Of a stretch of 64,000 nt of DNA, positions 11,501 to 25,591 are shown in pieces (the first letter of the stretch is position 1; every line of letters starts with the position of its first letter). Source of the DNA: Rotaria socialis (lineage: Eukaryota); assembly GCA_905331295.1 (NCBI GenBank), contig CAJNYD010000225.1:1-64000 (forward strand), written 5' to 3'. The notes beneath the pieces are model-generated. The model did no database searches. It was not told the DNA's origin and worked only from the letters and a program-made list of their open reading frames with translations. The position numbers were made by a program, and so were the translations under genes.

Positions 11501-13405
11501 TTAATTCTATTTTTCGTGACAGATAAATCGGAATCGTTTTTCTTTGTGCTGATATCAGAATTCCCTAGGTTAATGGTGATCATTGCGAGCTCCAATCATC
11601 TGACGCATGTGTAAGAATAAACTAATCATCGAATATAGACAAGTAGAGCAGAAAATATATGATATCTTCTGGATCACTATCCAATTTCGATTAGAAAAAC
11701 TTCCTTTAGATTATTATTACACTGTCTGAACACTCTCATTCTGAAAGTATTGAACATGATAGATTCTAGTTGCCATGATATGAAAACGAGAAAGTTTTGC
11801 TGTGTAAAATTGTTACGAAGTTTTCAATTTACTCTAGAAAATGATGAATCTATTGAGAAAGAGTTTTAGCAGCAATACCAGCAACTAGCATTTATTAGAT
11901 CAGATATTGTATTAATCTGACGAAATTTGATTTAGACAAACGTGTTTCGATGCTACATAAGATATTTCGACTTATTATCAACTTCTTTTATGAATGATGA
12001 GTTAAGTTTTAAAAAATATTTCAGCATATTATGAATTTAGCTTATGTATTAAATATTTTATTGAATACTTACAACATTATTGTCTTTTGTTAAAAGTAAA
12101 TTATGTAATTTGAGATCACGATGAAGAATTTGATGCGAATGTAAATACTCGATACCAGCTACTATTTGTTTTATATAATGACGTGCTTTAATTAAAAGAA
12201 TAATAGAAATGTTTTAACAATAAATTATTTAATTTTACTTTCATCTTCAGTAAACTGTTGACGAATATTTAAATATTTCTGCATATCCGTTGCACATAAT
12301 TCAAGTATAAGATAAATGTTTGTATCATCTTCAAATACTTCTAGTAACTAAGAGAGAGAGAGAGAGAGAGAGAAAACAAGTATAACATTAATATTAAATA
12401 ATCAATCAAAATTCATTAATAGTTAAATCAATTCTATCGAAAACTTAATTTTTTAATCAAAGATTTTGGTAATCGATAGCGCATAAAAATAAAATTTCAG
12501 ACTAATATATCATTTTATTATCTTGAAATTGAAATGCATTTAAGTCATATTGACCTCATTTTTCATTTATCGATGAGTACTTTTTCTAAAAAAAATTCTA
12601 AATTCTTCACTGTTTCATATTTGACAAAAAAATAGATGATTTATTTTCAACGCAAATGTCGTTTAGAAAAAATTTACGATGCTCATTAAAAGATAGTCTT
12701 TTTCGGTATTGCAAGATTATAATCTAAGTTTTTCTTATTAGTTCCTAACTCGAACAAATAGAAAACTGGTTTTTATTTTGTGAAAATTGATTACATTGGA
12801 TATTCGTAGTAATATCTTTTTAAATGAAATTTGTAATAGACTCTTGTAGAAAATTGAATCTTTAAGCCTTGATTAGAAAAAAAATGATTAAGCTATTGTG
12901 ATGAATCTTGAGGATGATATTAGAAGAATATTTAGAACCGTTGTTTTTTTTGTATATTCGTCATATAATTCTATTTCTAAGGATGATATTAATTCTCTTT
13001 AATAATATATGTACATGTCGTACGAACCTGTACAATAGCTGAATTCCGCAAGCGATAATGTATTTGTACTTCGTCATTGACACGTGATTGAGCATTTTTT
13101 AATTTTAATTGTTGCTTGTCCATCTACATAGAAATAAAATATGTTGAATTATCGAATTTAAAACGAAGAAAACATCTACAATTTTAATTGCTACATCAAC
13201 TCTATCACATAGACGAACACCTCGATAGACTTTAGCAAAACCACCAGTACCAATTAATTCAAATTTATCGTAATTCTAAAAATAATCGTAGATTAGAACA
13301 CGACAAGATTAGTAGGTAAAAGAAAAAGAAAGTTACTTTGATAGGATCAAGATTAATACATCTATCACATGAATGTGAAGCCCATTCAGCGGCACTTACA
13401 GCCAT
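8521..13405 (-). CDS. PLK4: Polo-like kinase 4 (SAK), about 15 exons
   Basis: Kinase motifs [53 protein letters not shown]. Post-kinase DSGYFDT phosphodegron-like motif. Cryptic polo box start [34 protein letters not shown], and end FPAIFGEKP. Stop at 8521-8523. Confidence 0.92.
12351..12373. repeat. (GA)n microsatellite forming the polypyrimidine tract of a PLK4 intron
   Basis: agagagagagagagagagagaga next to the minus-strand acceptor. Confidence 0.85.
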
Positions 13406-13977
13406 GAATTATATTCTAAATTAGAACACAGTACGATTAGTGAAAATACAAACAAAATTTTGCTAAAAGGTTCTTTTATTGAGCTATCCTTTTCTTCTTC
13501 ATTTACATGTCAACCTACAGATGAATATTTTCAACGAATAAGAATATTAGAAAGTTTTAATTTCGCTTGACTAAATGAACAAATTCATTATTCAATTCGA
13601 ACAGAGAACTGAACTATTCCCATGAGTTTCATGAAATAGAATTCGTGAATTTGTTTGAAATTGTCAACGATACATCGATATTCTTCTATCCTGCTCTTGT
13701 ACTTTTATTCAATTTTATCTTTTGATAAAACATGTTTCGAGTATGAATGAATGTCTATTGTTAACGCAAAAGATTGGAAAAAAAATTATTGAATTGACAT
13801 CCATGGATTTTCATTCGTTCAATGACGTAACTCATTGTTTCCCACATTTTCCTCATTATATATAATAATTCCTCGACAAATCTAGTCATATTCATAAAAC
13901 AAATAGTTCCTTGAATAATTTATTTCCCTAAATCTGGATAACGTTACATTCTTTAACTTAAAGTACCAAATATAAAA

Positions 13978-13991
13978 TAGAGCGCCCTCTA
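13978..13991. promoter_or_regulatory. GC-rich quasi-palindrome / CTCF-like motif in the PLK4-E-protein divergent promoter
   Basis: TAGAGCGCCCTCTA; the reverse strand TAGAGGGCGCT resembles the CTCF core YAGRKGGCRS and stands out from the very AT-rich background. Confidence 0.4.
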
Positions 13992-14138
13992 TGTCTTCTT
14001 TTATCTTGTTCGTCAATTTTTATTAACGAGTTTTGTCTCCATTTGCTGCCTTGTTGTTTATTGTTTGTCCCGATCTTCAATCAGTTAGATAGAGAATATC
14101 GATAAGTTTATCAATTTAGATTTTCGAGTAAACTAACA

Positions 14139-17100
14139 ATGAATCTACATAATGATAAAGAACTCGGCGATCTACTCGATCTCAATGCGGTATATTGATT
14201 AAACACTTAAAACATCAATTATTTTTCTCTACCTATCTTTTTGTTCTGTTAAAGGTAAAATATCGTAGTCGTTTTCCAAATAGTATAATGAATGCATCAT
14301 CATCTCGTCATCCTCTACCGGTACGTATTATTTAGATAGTTATACTTTTTCACAATAATTTTCATTTAGATGCTATGTCCCACTATACCTTATTCTAGTG
14401 GTTCACATATTCCACCTCCTTCGACAAATTCTGAAACAATTTATAGTGGTACAAATAAAGGTTTCATTTAGTTGCTACGATTTGTGTCGTAAATCTTTTT
14501 TGTTTGAAGATTATTGGAATAATTGTCCACCATCAGCTACTTATGATGAACGGGTTTGTATTATTTGAAACAATGATAATACGTCTATATATCATGCATT
14601 TTTTTCCTCTGTAGATGTATGATAGTAATTATAGCAATCGAGATCTTCTCCATCCATTTATAACATCTGAACCATTGAGTACTATTTCATCGAATCCTGT
14701 AAGATCATGATGAAGATAAAGTGTTGTTATTTTTCTTATTCACCTTTTTACTTTGTTTTAGACTTCACGAACATCAACTAATGATTTGACATATTCAGGT
14801 TTATAAATAATTTAACCTTTGTTTATATAATTTTTCTTTTTCTCATCTTACAGAAAAACGCGACGATAAGGCGTGTCGATCAACAAATGTAAGTAACAAC
14901 GGTTATTTTATGTAAGACTATACACGTCAAATGCCTAGCCACTCTTTTTAATTGTTAAATATTTAGTTAAAATAATGACGTATTATATATTTATTGTTTG
15001 TCGCATGCATGAGAGTGATCTGGTCAGTATCAAAAGCGAAGATTTCCCTAGTTGTTCTTTTCAAAACGATGGAGCAGTACATTCTAGTGCGAGAAAAGAA
15101 AAGTAAAAAATAAACTTTAAGCAATTCTAATGAGTTTATTTTATCAAGGCCTGTATTTAATTAAAACAGAAGTGATTTTTTTTTGCTTTATCAAATATCT
15201 CTGTTTCTTTTGTATCTTCTGCTTTTGACATGGGATGTTGACGTGTGAGTAATTGATATAATTATTTGCTGTCTCTGTTTCTGACATGACAACATCTTTC
15301 GTGTGTCAGAAGATCGATAGAGAACAACTTAGTTAATTCACTCGATGATAAATTATAATGAATGAAGAGACAATGGAAATAGATCGTTTTCTTTTTTTTT
15401 ACTTCTTGGAAAATCTGCATAAGAACTCAGGGTTCTCTTATAGCGTAGTTTATTTCTCCTATTTTTTCTTTATTCTTCCTTTTTTTTCTTATTTTCAATT
15501 GAAGAAGGTATGTGCACCAGCTGGTCGGGTGACATGAATATATTGTGAACGAATGAATTTCAAGAGAATAAGAGAAGTTCGCTTCGTCTATCATCTATAT
15601 ACAATAGGCTCGATTGTATGTATATTATTTGACCGGGGTCGTGTATGTGATAAAATTAATAGTCGTGTTTATCTACATTCGATGGCACACGAACGAGCTT
15701 TCCAGCTGCGCTACGAGCTTTCCTCTCTTTGTAAACATCATATATGCTTTGCGGTAAATGTATAAGGGACAAACAATGTGATAAACGTTAGAAGCGATGT
15801 TGGCATCTCTCTCTCTCTCTCGCTGTCTTCTTTATATGAAGATGTCGTGAGATATGATAATAGATATTCGATTGTTACTACTCCTTGTTGCCGACAATGA
15901 TAAATGAGTAAAACAAGAAAGACAAAAGAAGCGCTAATCGACTTTGTGAATATATACAAAAGAAAGAAGCTTGTGTAATAATAATTGTTTGACGGCATAA
16001 ACATAGATAATAAATAAAGCAGTCTAATGAGAAATATCGCGCGAAGAATAGGTTTTTTGTCTCTTATTTTGAGATTGACAAAAAAAAAGGATGACTACTA
16101 GAAAAGATCTTCATTCTTTCCATCATATTGTTTAGTATACAGTTGTTTATCTGCGGATGAGGGAGAAACTTATTCGCCCGGGCGCTTGATGCGTGCTCGA
16201 GATACGAACTTATGTCTTTACATTTATTTTACCTTCTCTGTCTTCCGCTGCAAGACAGCAGCAAACAAAAAAAAGAAGAGAAAGAAAAGAGAGGAAGAGA
16301 GATGATGATGGTTTTTTTATACGTCTTGTTCCTCTCTTTCCTGTTCGTGTGCCCGCCTCTAGTTAACACATCGCAAGATAAGGATATCTCGCTGTTCCAG
16401 TGAAAGGTCTCCCGCATCGATCGACTCTCCTTCTCCTTTTCTTTTTCTCTCATTCGATGCATATCACTTTTCCTCTCTTTCCTGTGCTATCAAGCAGTGC
16501 TACACGTATACTACGAGTTTATTTGACACAACAATTATAAGTCAATTTGATTTCTTGTTTCTTCTGCTTTTTGACTGTGATGAAATAATCACCTTATTTT
16601 TTACAATACAAAACAAAATGTTCTACTATTCTCGACCATCATATCAGGTATGATAAATATAAGATTCTATTCTGTATTTTTGTCTTGAGAATTAATAAAG
16701 AATTAGAAGACCTTCTTGATATAAATTTTCTTTTTTTTTACAATTTATATCGGATTAAGAAAAAACGAATTGTAATTGTCACCTTCTCTTTGGTACGAAT
16801 AGAAGAAGCAGAATAAAAAGGTTTTTATGTTATTTTGATTTTCTTTTTTTTTCTTTTTCTTTCGCTTGCCTTCAAGTAAAATTGATCGGATAAAGAAGAA
16901 GAAAAAAAAGGAAAGATAATGCTAATCAACATATTCTCCTGCTCAATCGAACGATCTGAATGTCAGCATGAATTGCGCTCGCACGTCCTTTGATCTCGTG
17001 CCGAGTGAGCACAAACAAACGAACCCTTTCCTCTTACATTCTCTTGATTAGCCAACATAAAAATCAGTGGGCGATCAAGTTTTTCTTTATTTTGCTCGAA

Positions 17101-19593
17101 TGGTATGTCGTCATTCTTCGTTTGGATGAGACTGTTGATTTTAGTATATCGCATTAATTTCTTGCATGAAATTATCATCAGAATTTGGCCATGTATGTAC
17201 GTTTATTACTGGCAAATGTGTATACACTATGGTTTGATTGGAAAAAGAGGAGAAAAATAATAATAATAATAATAATAATAATAATCATCGAACATAGCTG
17301 GGGAAAAATAATTAGAATTGATTTTCTATGAGAAATGCCTAATGAAGAGAGCACTTGTGTGATTTATCATATAAGGAAAAGAACTAAAGCATTTCCACAT
17401 GAAGTCAATCAAAACAACTTAGATATTAATAGGCTATAGACATTCGTTATACAATCATTACTTTTTCATATTAGGTCTATACATCGGATGATTACAATCC
17501 AGAGAATACCGCACGATACCCAACTGGAAAATCAGTTTATGGAAATGAATCTGCGTACTATATTGGTATGTATAGTTATAGAAAAAATGATATTTAACTA
17601 TGTTTTTATACAATAGATGGGCAAGGTGGTACTTCATGGTTGCCACCACCACCACCACCACCATCATCATCAACATATTTACCAAATGATCTTGCTGGTA
17701 ATCATGCATCTTTTACAGATTCAAATGGTGCATGCTTACCATCTATGGCAAGTTTTCGATTTCAACAAACTGCGTCATATACGAGTAATGGCAATGAACA
17801 AACAGTACAAACGGGAGAAGCTCTTGGCAAGGCCTTACAATCTGTATGAAATCTAATTAAAAGTATTAAATAGGAAAACGAATAGTGTCTGTATTTTTCT
17901 AGATCTATCCATCCGACCATCCATACTCTTCGACATCATCAACTCCTGTCTCTCCACCACCGTTGAGTGGTATATACACACCATAAGATTTCATTGTAAA
18001 AATTGAATTCATTTCGTTGTTGTTCGTTTAGGATCTAGTCAACAATGGTCAAGTGGAGCACCAGTAACTCAACAATATCAGAATCAATTACATTCTCTTG
18101 TAAGTTTTATTAAATAATAAGAGAAAGAGAATACTAATAATTATCTTATTTTTAACTCTAAACTCAGACACCTCTAATCGATATAAGTGATGAATCATAC
18201 TATATGCTCAATTTAAACGAGGTTTGTGTATTGAAAGAAAAGCACAGGGTGTTGGGAACTTAAATTCTATTGAAAAAAAATTAGAATTAAAATATAATTA
18301 TGATTTGATTTGATTTGATTTTTCTTTTTCTTTTAGCCTCCAAGATTAGATATTGATGATTCATTTCGTCAACCACCAACGGACTATCATCATTACTATA
18401 CTGGTTATCACCATCCACATTCCACGGGACCCTATTCGGCGTTTTTGACGCATCCATCAAATTTACATCAATCCTCTACATCTGATACGTCATCACGAAA
18501 TCCACATCATGATCCGTACTTAACATGTAATAATAGTAGTTTAGAGAATACAAAAATAGATTTTGATTTATTTTTTTGTTCTATTCTAGATGCAAATCCT
18601 CCGTCAACATCATCTTCAACTTCATCAACAGATGCAAACACTGTTGTGAATACGGATTTGAAAGTTGACTCCATCGATAAAGTTAAATTAGATATTGAAA
18701 ATAAACCACCAGCATCGTCAGCACCCCCAACGACAACAACAAGTGGACCGTCTCAATTGACAACAGATAAATTAAATGAATTCAATTTACGACAACAAAC
18801 ATTAACTGACAACTCACAAGAAAATGCATCACCATTAACGATAGCTGCTGGTGGTAGTGCAAACAATGTACATATAGGCCCATCATCATCGTCATCGTCA
18901 AAATTACGAAAGTAAACAGCAGAACCAATTTAAAAAAAACTAGTAGTATTCTAATTTATTTTCTTCTTTCAAGCTCATTGACACTTAGTCCAAATAGTCA
19001 AATAAATTTATCATGTATGCGTGGTGGGCCTGGTTCAGAGGGTAGTATTGATCCAGATGAAACACCAGAAGAACGTGAACGTCGAGAAAAAGATCGTCGA
19101 GCAGCTAATAATGCTCGAGAAAGGTAAGATGAATTTAAAACCTTTCATAAATTTTAGTCATTTGTCTTTATCTACATTAGATTACGTGTACGAGATATCA
19201 ATGATGCATTCAAAGAACTCGGTCGAATGTGTTCAATACATATGCGTAACGATAAACCCGTTACAAAATTGGGTATTCTTCAACAAGCTGTTAATCTAAT
19301 AACAACACTTGAGCAACAAGTTCGAGGTATAAAAGAGAATGAAAAACGCTTTATTACTAATTCACAATTCAATGTTTTCTTTTTTAGAACGTAATTTAAA
19401 TCCTAAAGCTGCATGTTTACGACGACGTGAAGAAGAGAAAGCAGAAGATTTAAATGGAAATATGACTTTAGGAGGAGCAATGCCACCTACCGTTACTGGT
19501 GGCATCATGTCCACGGAATCATCTTCAATTGATGGTTCAAATTTTATGGAACAAATGCATCAATCTATTCCTCCATCATATTGGCAACAATAA
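14139..19593 (+). CDS. Class I bHLH E-protein (TCF3/TCF4/TCF12, daughterless orthologue), multi-exon
   Basis: Exon 1 [17 protein letters not shown] (AD1/PCET motif, cf. DKELSDLLDF). [17 protein letters not shown] conserved block. b[31 protein letters not shown]...[39 protein letters not shown]. Large intron 14889-17474. Confidence 0.95.
16618..16647 (+). CDS. Putative alternative first coding exon of the E-protein gene ([10 protein letters not shown])
   Basis: A-rich start context caaaATG, 10 codons, strong donor CAG|GTATGA in phase 0 matching the exon at 17475 (VYTSDDYN...). Confidence 0.6.
17257..17284. repeat. (AAT)n microsatellite
   Basis: About 9 tandem AAT units in the large E-protein intron. 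Confidence 0.85.
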
Positions 19594-19714
19594 AAAAAAC
19601 AACAAATGAAAACTTCTGCATGTTTTGTTTTATTTGTTCTATTGTACAATTTGTGTGTGTTCGCTATTACTTGCTTATCGGTGCCTTTGTATCTGTTTTT
19701 TCTTCTTGTTTGTT

Positions 19715-19715
<1 letters not shown>

Positions 19716-19739
<24 letters not shown>
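19716..19739. repeat. (CT)n microsatellite in the E-protein 3' UTR
   Basis: Tandem CT run downstream of the stop at 19593. Confidence 0.85.
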
Positions 19740-19745
<6 letters not shown>

Positions 19746-21547
19746 CTATCTCATTTAAATATTATATGCATGAATATGAGAAAATAATGACATGACCAAG
19801 CAATGTTTGGGTTCTTTTTTAGTATTTGCCTGTATTTTTCTTCATTCGTGTATGATGATGACGATATGTGCAGCAATAAAATGAAAATTAAGATAGGACA
19901 AGACAGTATTCTTTTTTTTTTCTTTTTCTTTCGTATTTGGTTGTGCAAATCAATACATCTCATTTTGTGCAATTTCTTCTGAGCCAGCAATACATTATTC
20001 GGTTAAATTGTTAAAATTTTTTAAAATGTATTGTTCTTGTTAATGGATTATTTTTATCAATGGGAAGTGGCAAGATGTAGAAAAAAAGCGTAGTTGAAAA
20101 GTCTAATGTTTTTTCTTTTCTTTTGTACATTGCGCATGTTTCATAGAAAAATCTTTTTTTTTCATCTCGTCCATTGATCTGTTAACTGTTTTTTTTCTCA
20201 CTTATTGTATGACTTTTCTTTGTTTTTTTCTCAATTGTTGTACTTGCTTTTGAGTATTTGATCTCTTATCCTTGTTGCTTTACACACAAGAAATGTGCAC
20301 ATGTTTAATAATAAATGACACAGCAAAGAATTTTTAAGTATTTATCAATATTGTCATGAAAATTATTTAATGAAGATGAAATTATTATGTAAATTGACCC
20401 ATTTTGAACACTCTATTTGCGGTATGAACCTTATCTCGCATAGTTATCTACTATACACATATTTTATTCTAATAGAATATCAGCTTTAGTTTCCTGTCAT
20501 GAAAATATAATCTTAATTCTAGCAGATAATTAATGTAGATATTTAGCTATTACAAATTGAATGCATTAGAATTCAGAAAATAGTTTTATAGTGTTGAAGA
20601 ATTGATATTCAAAAGTTCAGAAAACGCCGCTACCTTACTGAAGAAGCAAGGCGCAATATTGAAGATTGATAGTGACTACCGACTTAGTCTTAAACGCCTC
20701 GAAAATTATCTATTAGATGAGTTAGAATTTTACTCATTGAAGAAGACATGAAATCAGGCAGCGATAAAAAGGATTAATGAAAGAATATTCTTTGACATTG
20801 ATCAAATCCGAAAATAATAATTTTCTGTTGAATAACTTTGATCTAGATTGTTTGAAATCAGTATTTAGCCTTCTTGTGTTTTACAATACAAAGAAATTTA
20901 AGATTAATGAGAAACAAGAACATTTTTAAAATTCAATCATGTAAATTTAGAATTCATAATTATTAACTTTGACTAAGTTTAGTATTCTTACGAGCTTAGC
21001 GTGACAGCGATTCGTTGATTTTAATATTATCATGAAGAAATTATTCGATGAGAAGCTGAGAGTCTATCCTGATTAGATTTAAAGAGATCTTTCCTGATGA
21101 ATCTCTATGTTGAAAATATTATGAATAAACTTCGATTAAATGATATTTCTTACCACTTTATTCTTTTTTTCAGCTGTTTTATTTTTTTTTAAATTTCACC
21201 AGAACAAGTGAATGTTACGAATGCTTCCCTAGATCATACTAAACAAAAAAAAATATCTATGCCAGGCCTATCAAAATAGTGTGTTGATTGTATATGTTTT
21301 TAGATTTATTTGATATTTGAAAACAGCATATGGAAGCATAGTCAATATTTAATACAACAAACAAAAACTCAACTCGAAACAATAATAAAACAAAAAACAT
21401 AAATACTGATACTAAAATTGAGAAGATTTTGATTTTATTTTTGTAATTTTTGCCACTGTACAATAGACAACAAAATATCTGACATTTACAAACATATTGC
21501 TAACTGTCCGCTCAGAAAGAAAACAAGTAGCTAAAAGCATTTCATTT

Positions 21548-24500
21548 TTATCCGTACGGATTCGCTTTTTGTCTTGGTTTAATCTTTTCTGATTGTATCC
21601 ATTGTGCTTCTTCATTCATATAGTCATCAAAATTATTAAAAAAATATAAAATACGATCATTGCGAACAAATTTATATTCCCTAAAGAAAAAAATGAATCA
21701 ATAAAATTAAAAACAAATCTTCATTGTTTTCATTGTTTTATTATTCATACCATTTTCGACAATAACGAAGTTTATGTAATATTGTAAATTGTTGCCATCG
21801 TTTCCAAAAATTAATTATTCGGTCATCTTGCAAATAATCTGAATTACCAATATGAACAAATGTTAAATCAGACAAAATTAAACCACTGGAACAAGAGCAA
21901 AAAGAAAAAGTGATTTTCAATAATTAGTTCATCTGCAGACGACTTACATATAAGGAATACATGGTTGACCAACTGACCCGTTCAGTGCTTCACGATAATT
22001 TTTAAATGAACCAGTACTATCAATAAGTCCAGTGTGCTCAGAAACAGCCTAGAATTAAAAATGATTTTTAAAATAAGAAAAACAAAAAAGTCGAACTCTT
22101 ACATCGATGATATGTTTTGACCAATTCAATCGTTTTAACGGTCCACAATCAAGTGCTGAAAGTATAGCTAGATAAGAATTGAAATTATTCAATCGTCGTA
22201 AATGCTATTTAAAAACACACAAAAAAGAAATTCTCTTATTTCATGAAAGTAATCAATAAAAACACTACTTTTAAAATTTTGAGAAATTTTTCAAAATAAT
22301 TTTCACGTTGTCGTTGAGAGTTTCGTTCAAGTATACGAGACCGTACCCTACCCAAAACAATCAAAACAGAAGTAAACTCTATTTGATTTTTAGAAATATC
22401 ATAGGATATGTTTACCAATAAGATATATTATTAAAATGTTCAGTAAATGCTGCTAAATTTGGTGAATATTCTTCTCCTTTTTCAATCGACATGTATAAAA
22501 CTTCAGATAATTGAATTTTAAGAAATAATTCTGAATCGACTAATGTCAATTGTTCACTTAAATCGATTGAATGAAAATCAAGTAATGTTGCTCGTTTTGA
22601 TGAAATAGAATTTTGAATAAGGACAACATCTTGTTGAGATTTTTCACAATTTGATTTTAATTTAGCATACCGTTCAAATGATTTTCGTCTTAATAGTTTA
22701 CCTAATTGAAGTGTACCTTGGCGAATTAAATTTGTAACAAAATGTGAAAGTTTTTTCATTAGATCATCAGTCAATTCATTGCTAGAAAAGAAAAATACGT
22801 AAGCCAATGTGTGTCGCTTCATTGACTCGTGAATATTTAATGATCAATCGCCTATTCACGAGAGACTCGCGTAGTATGATTCATTATTTTTGAGTTCATT
22901 GTTCAGGTTTGTAAAGATATTGTTTAGAATATGATAATTTTAGAAAAATAGGATTCAACTTTATAGATTGTTTTTAGTAAGAGCAATGAAAACTCTGTTG
23001 AACTGCCTCTATTACTGTGTCGATTCTGCAGGTGCTTCCCTTATCTGTCATGGCATATTGAATTTTTACTCTTCCTTGCCCAATATATTCATGTAGACGA
23101 AAAATTAGGGTTTATCTCAAATAACTATACGAACCTGTGCGAATTAAAATCATATTCTCATGAATTGATAAATTAAAAGATTTCTCACGAATCATCAGCA
23201 AAGATCCTTATTCCTGCTTACGAGAGCAGACTAATATAGCTTCTAGAAAAACAAATGTAATATTCCATACTCGATTTCGTCGATAATACGAATCAACAGT
23301 GAAAATGAACATCGAGCAGCCTTTTTCTTTGTTTCAATTTGAGCAAAGAATGCATAACGTTGTACGAGTTTGTCAACAAGATCACTGGGAGAAATAAATG
23401 TACGATATGTTGTTAAAAATGCTTCTTGATAGAGAAAATCTACATTAACAAAAAACAAACATTTTATTGCAATATAAGAATCGATAATAAATAGCCGATC
23501 GATCAATTACCTTTTTTATCAGTTGATGTTGCTCTAATAATCAATGCATCAATAGAACCACCACGTAATGGAGGATCTTCATTCTATAAATATTACAAAA
23601 AAGAAACGTGAGTCTTGAAAGAAACTAATGGAAAAATTCTTTTTTGTTTTATTTTCGTTACCATATTAAAAACAAGTAAATGAGATATACATTCAAGAAA
23701 TAAATCATTTGTATTCTGATTTTTTTCATTAGGATCTTGTATACTCAATCGATCTATTGAAATATTATCTTTAGACTAAAGTAAAAAGCAAAATATCATG
23801 ATGGAGTAATTTTATATTAAGTCAATCATATTATTACAGAGTTTTTATGCAGACTTTTCATCATTTCATCTTTATTTTTCAAGCATTCTTCACTATTAGA
23901 AAATATTTGTGTCTGTGGATAATGATCTTGAATTTGTTCAAACAAATCTTCAAAACGACGCTGTGATGTCGAAACAAAACAAGTATCACGAAGAAATGAT
24001 TGAGCTTCATGTTGGTCATATCGATCGAATAGAGACATGTATGCTCGAGCTGAAAATCAAATAAACAAGAAGTAATTTCCAAAAATTTCAATTATATATG
24101 AATTAACATCCAATTGATGCATTCATAATTGGATAATAATAGCAACGTTCATATTTAGTATTCTATTCGAAAATAATCCTGTCTGACTTCTGACGTCAAT
24201 AATTAGTTTGTTGCTTATGCATTAATGTCAAGTTATTTGGCAGAATTTCTTCTTCCGTTTCCGACTTCGTACTGTTTTTTGTAATTTTTTTATGTTGCCA
24301 CGTTTCCTGTTGCGTTCTATTCACAAAAACAAAATATTACCTATTTGTCGTTTTGGTGGTAATGGTGGTGGATCATCTGTTGTATTTATTTTTCGAGATT
24401 CTTTCTCGTTGGGATATGTATTTTCTTCGTCTATGTAATTCATTCCATGTGAATATTTTGTTTGATGTAAAACATTCATACTATTATGACGACATGCAGA

Positions 24501-25591
24501 TATAGATAAATGATTCGGTTGAGACATATAATCGATTGAAGACGAACGAACTGCTGGTTTCGTGCATAAAGCATCATCAAGTTCACGTGTATAGTTTTCA
24601 ACAATATGATTAATATCATCAACAATTGATTGAATACATTCATCGTTACTTTGTTCTTGTGATGATAAAAAAAGATAAGAATTAGGACTTGTAGTATTTC
24701 GAGATCGATTTGATAGGATCGAAGCTGATGAACTCACTGAACGTTTTTCTCGTTTTAACGGAAGAGTTGGAGCAAGATTATCTCCATGACTAAGACAAAA
24801 AGAAAAACAAAATTGATTATTAATTAAAACAAAACAAAGCAAAGAATCATCTTTTATTATTTACTTGTTGACTGATAGGAAACTTTGAAATGAATCAGAA
24901 CGTGTTTGTAATGATGTCGTAATACAAATCTAATAGAGAAATTAATTTATTTCGATACTTTTTGTTTTAATCGTTTCTGTTTTAGCCTTTTACCTGAACA
25001 GCTATCAGAAGATCTTTTGCAATTTTTCTATATGTATCATCATTATTGGTTTTTGAAAGAATGACTTTATCAGACCATTCGATTAGATCAGCTAATAATG
25101 AATAAATATCAGTAAGAAGATGTGTTCTGAAATCAAAAGATATTGCAAACAAAAAACAAATAAGAAAATTTATGAAAAAAACTTCATACCGAAATGATTC
25201 TGATTGATGTTCAAATATTCCTTTTAAAATATTTTCAATATCAAAAATATTTTCAATTAATGATGTAGTAATATTCGCTAATATTTCAAGTTTATTATGT
25301 GCTAAAACTTGATCAAGATAACTTAATGATTTGTAAACGTCCTTTTCACATTTATGTAATCGTTCATAATATGTTTGAGATGTCTATTGGAAAGAAAATA
25401 AATAGATTATTGTTTACAGTATCATAACATACCAATAATGAATCATTACTAATAATAGAAGTTCGGTCGATCTTTTGACTTGATCGAGTACTATTATTTC
25501 TAAAATAACCATTCGTTGATTCATTTTTAACGTTATGACGATTAACTAAATCATCGATAACACGACGAAATGAATGTCGAGAAACGGGCAT
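21548..25591 (-). CDS. RAPGEF1: Rap guanine nucleotide exchange factor 1 (C3G), multi-exon
   Basis: N-terminal IYSLLADLIEWSDKVIL (C3G-like). Crk-SH3 motifs APTLPLKR and PPPLPPKR. REM LRGGSIDALII...DFLYQEAFLTTYRTFISP. CDC25 domain SEQLTLVDSELF...FTEHFNNISYW...NNFNSYLAILSALD...PCIPYIGLILSDLTFVHIGN...INFWKRWQQF. Last exon ends SEKIKPRQKANPYG*. The start codon (MPVSRHSF) is less certain. Confidence 0.9.

Noticed and set aside
20620..20830. Coding-like patch between the E-protein and C3G 3' ends
   Set aside because: Multiple stops and no recognisable family; cannot support a pseudogene call.
21741..21750. Apparent early C3G stop (...RKWYE*)
   Set aside because: A TG|GTATGA donor splices to a further exon that completes the CDC25 domain, so it is not a truncation.
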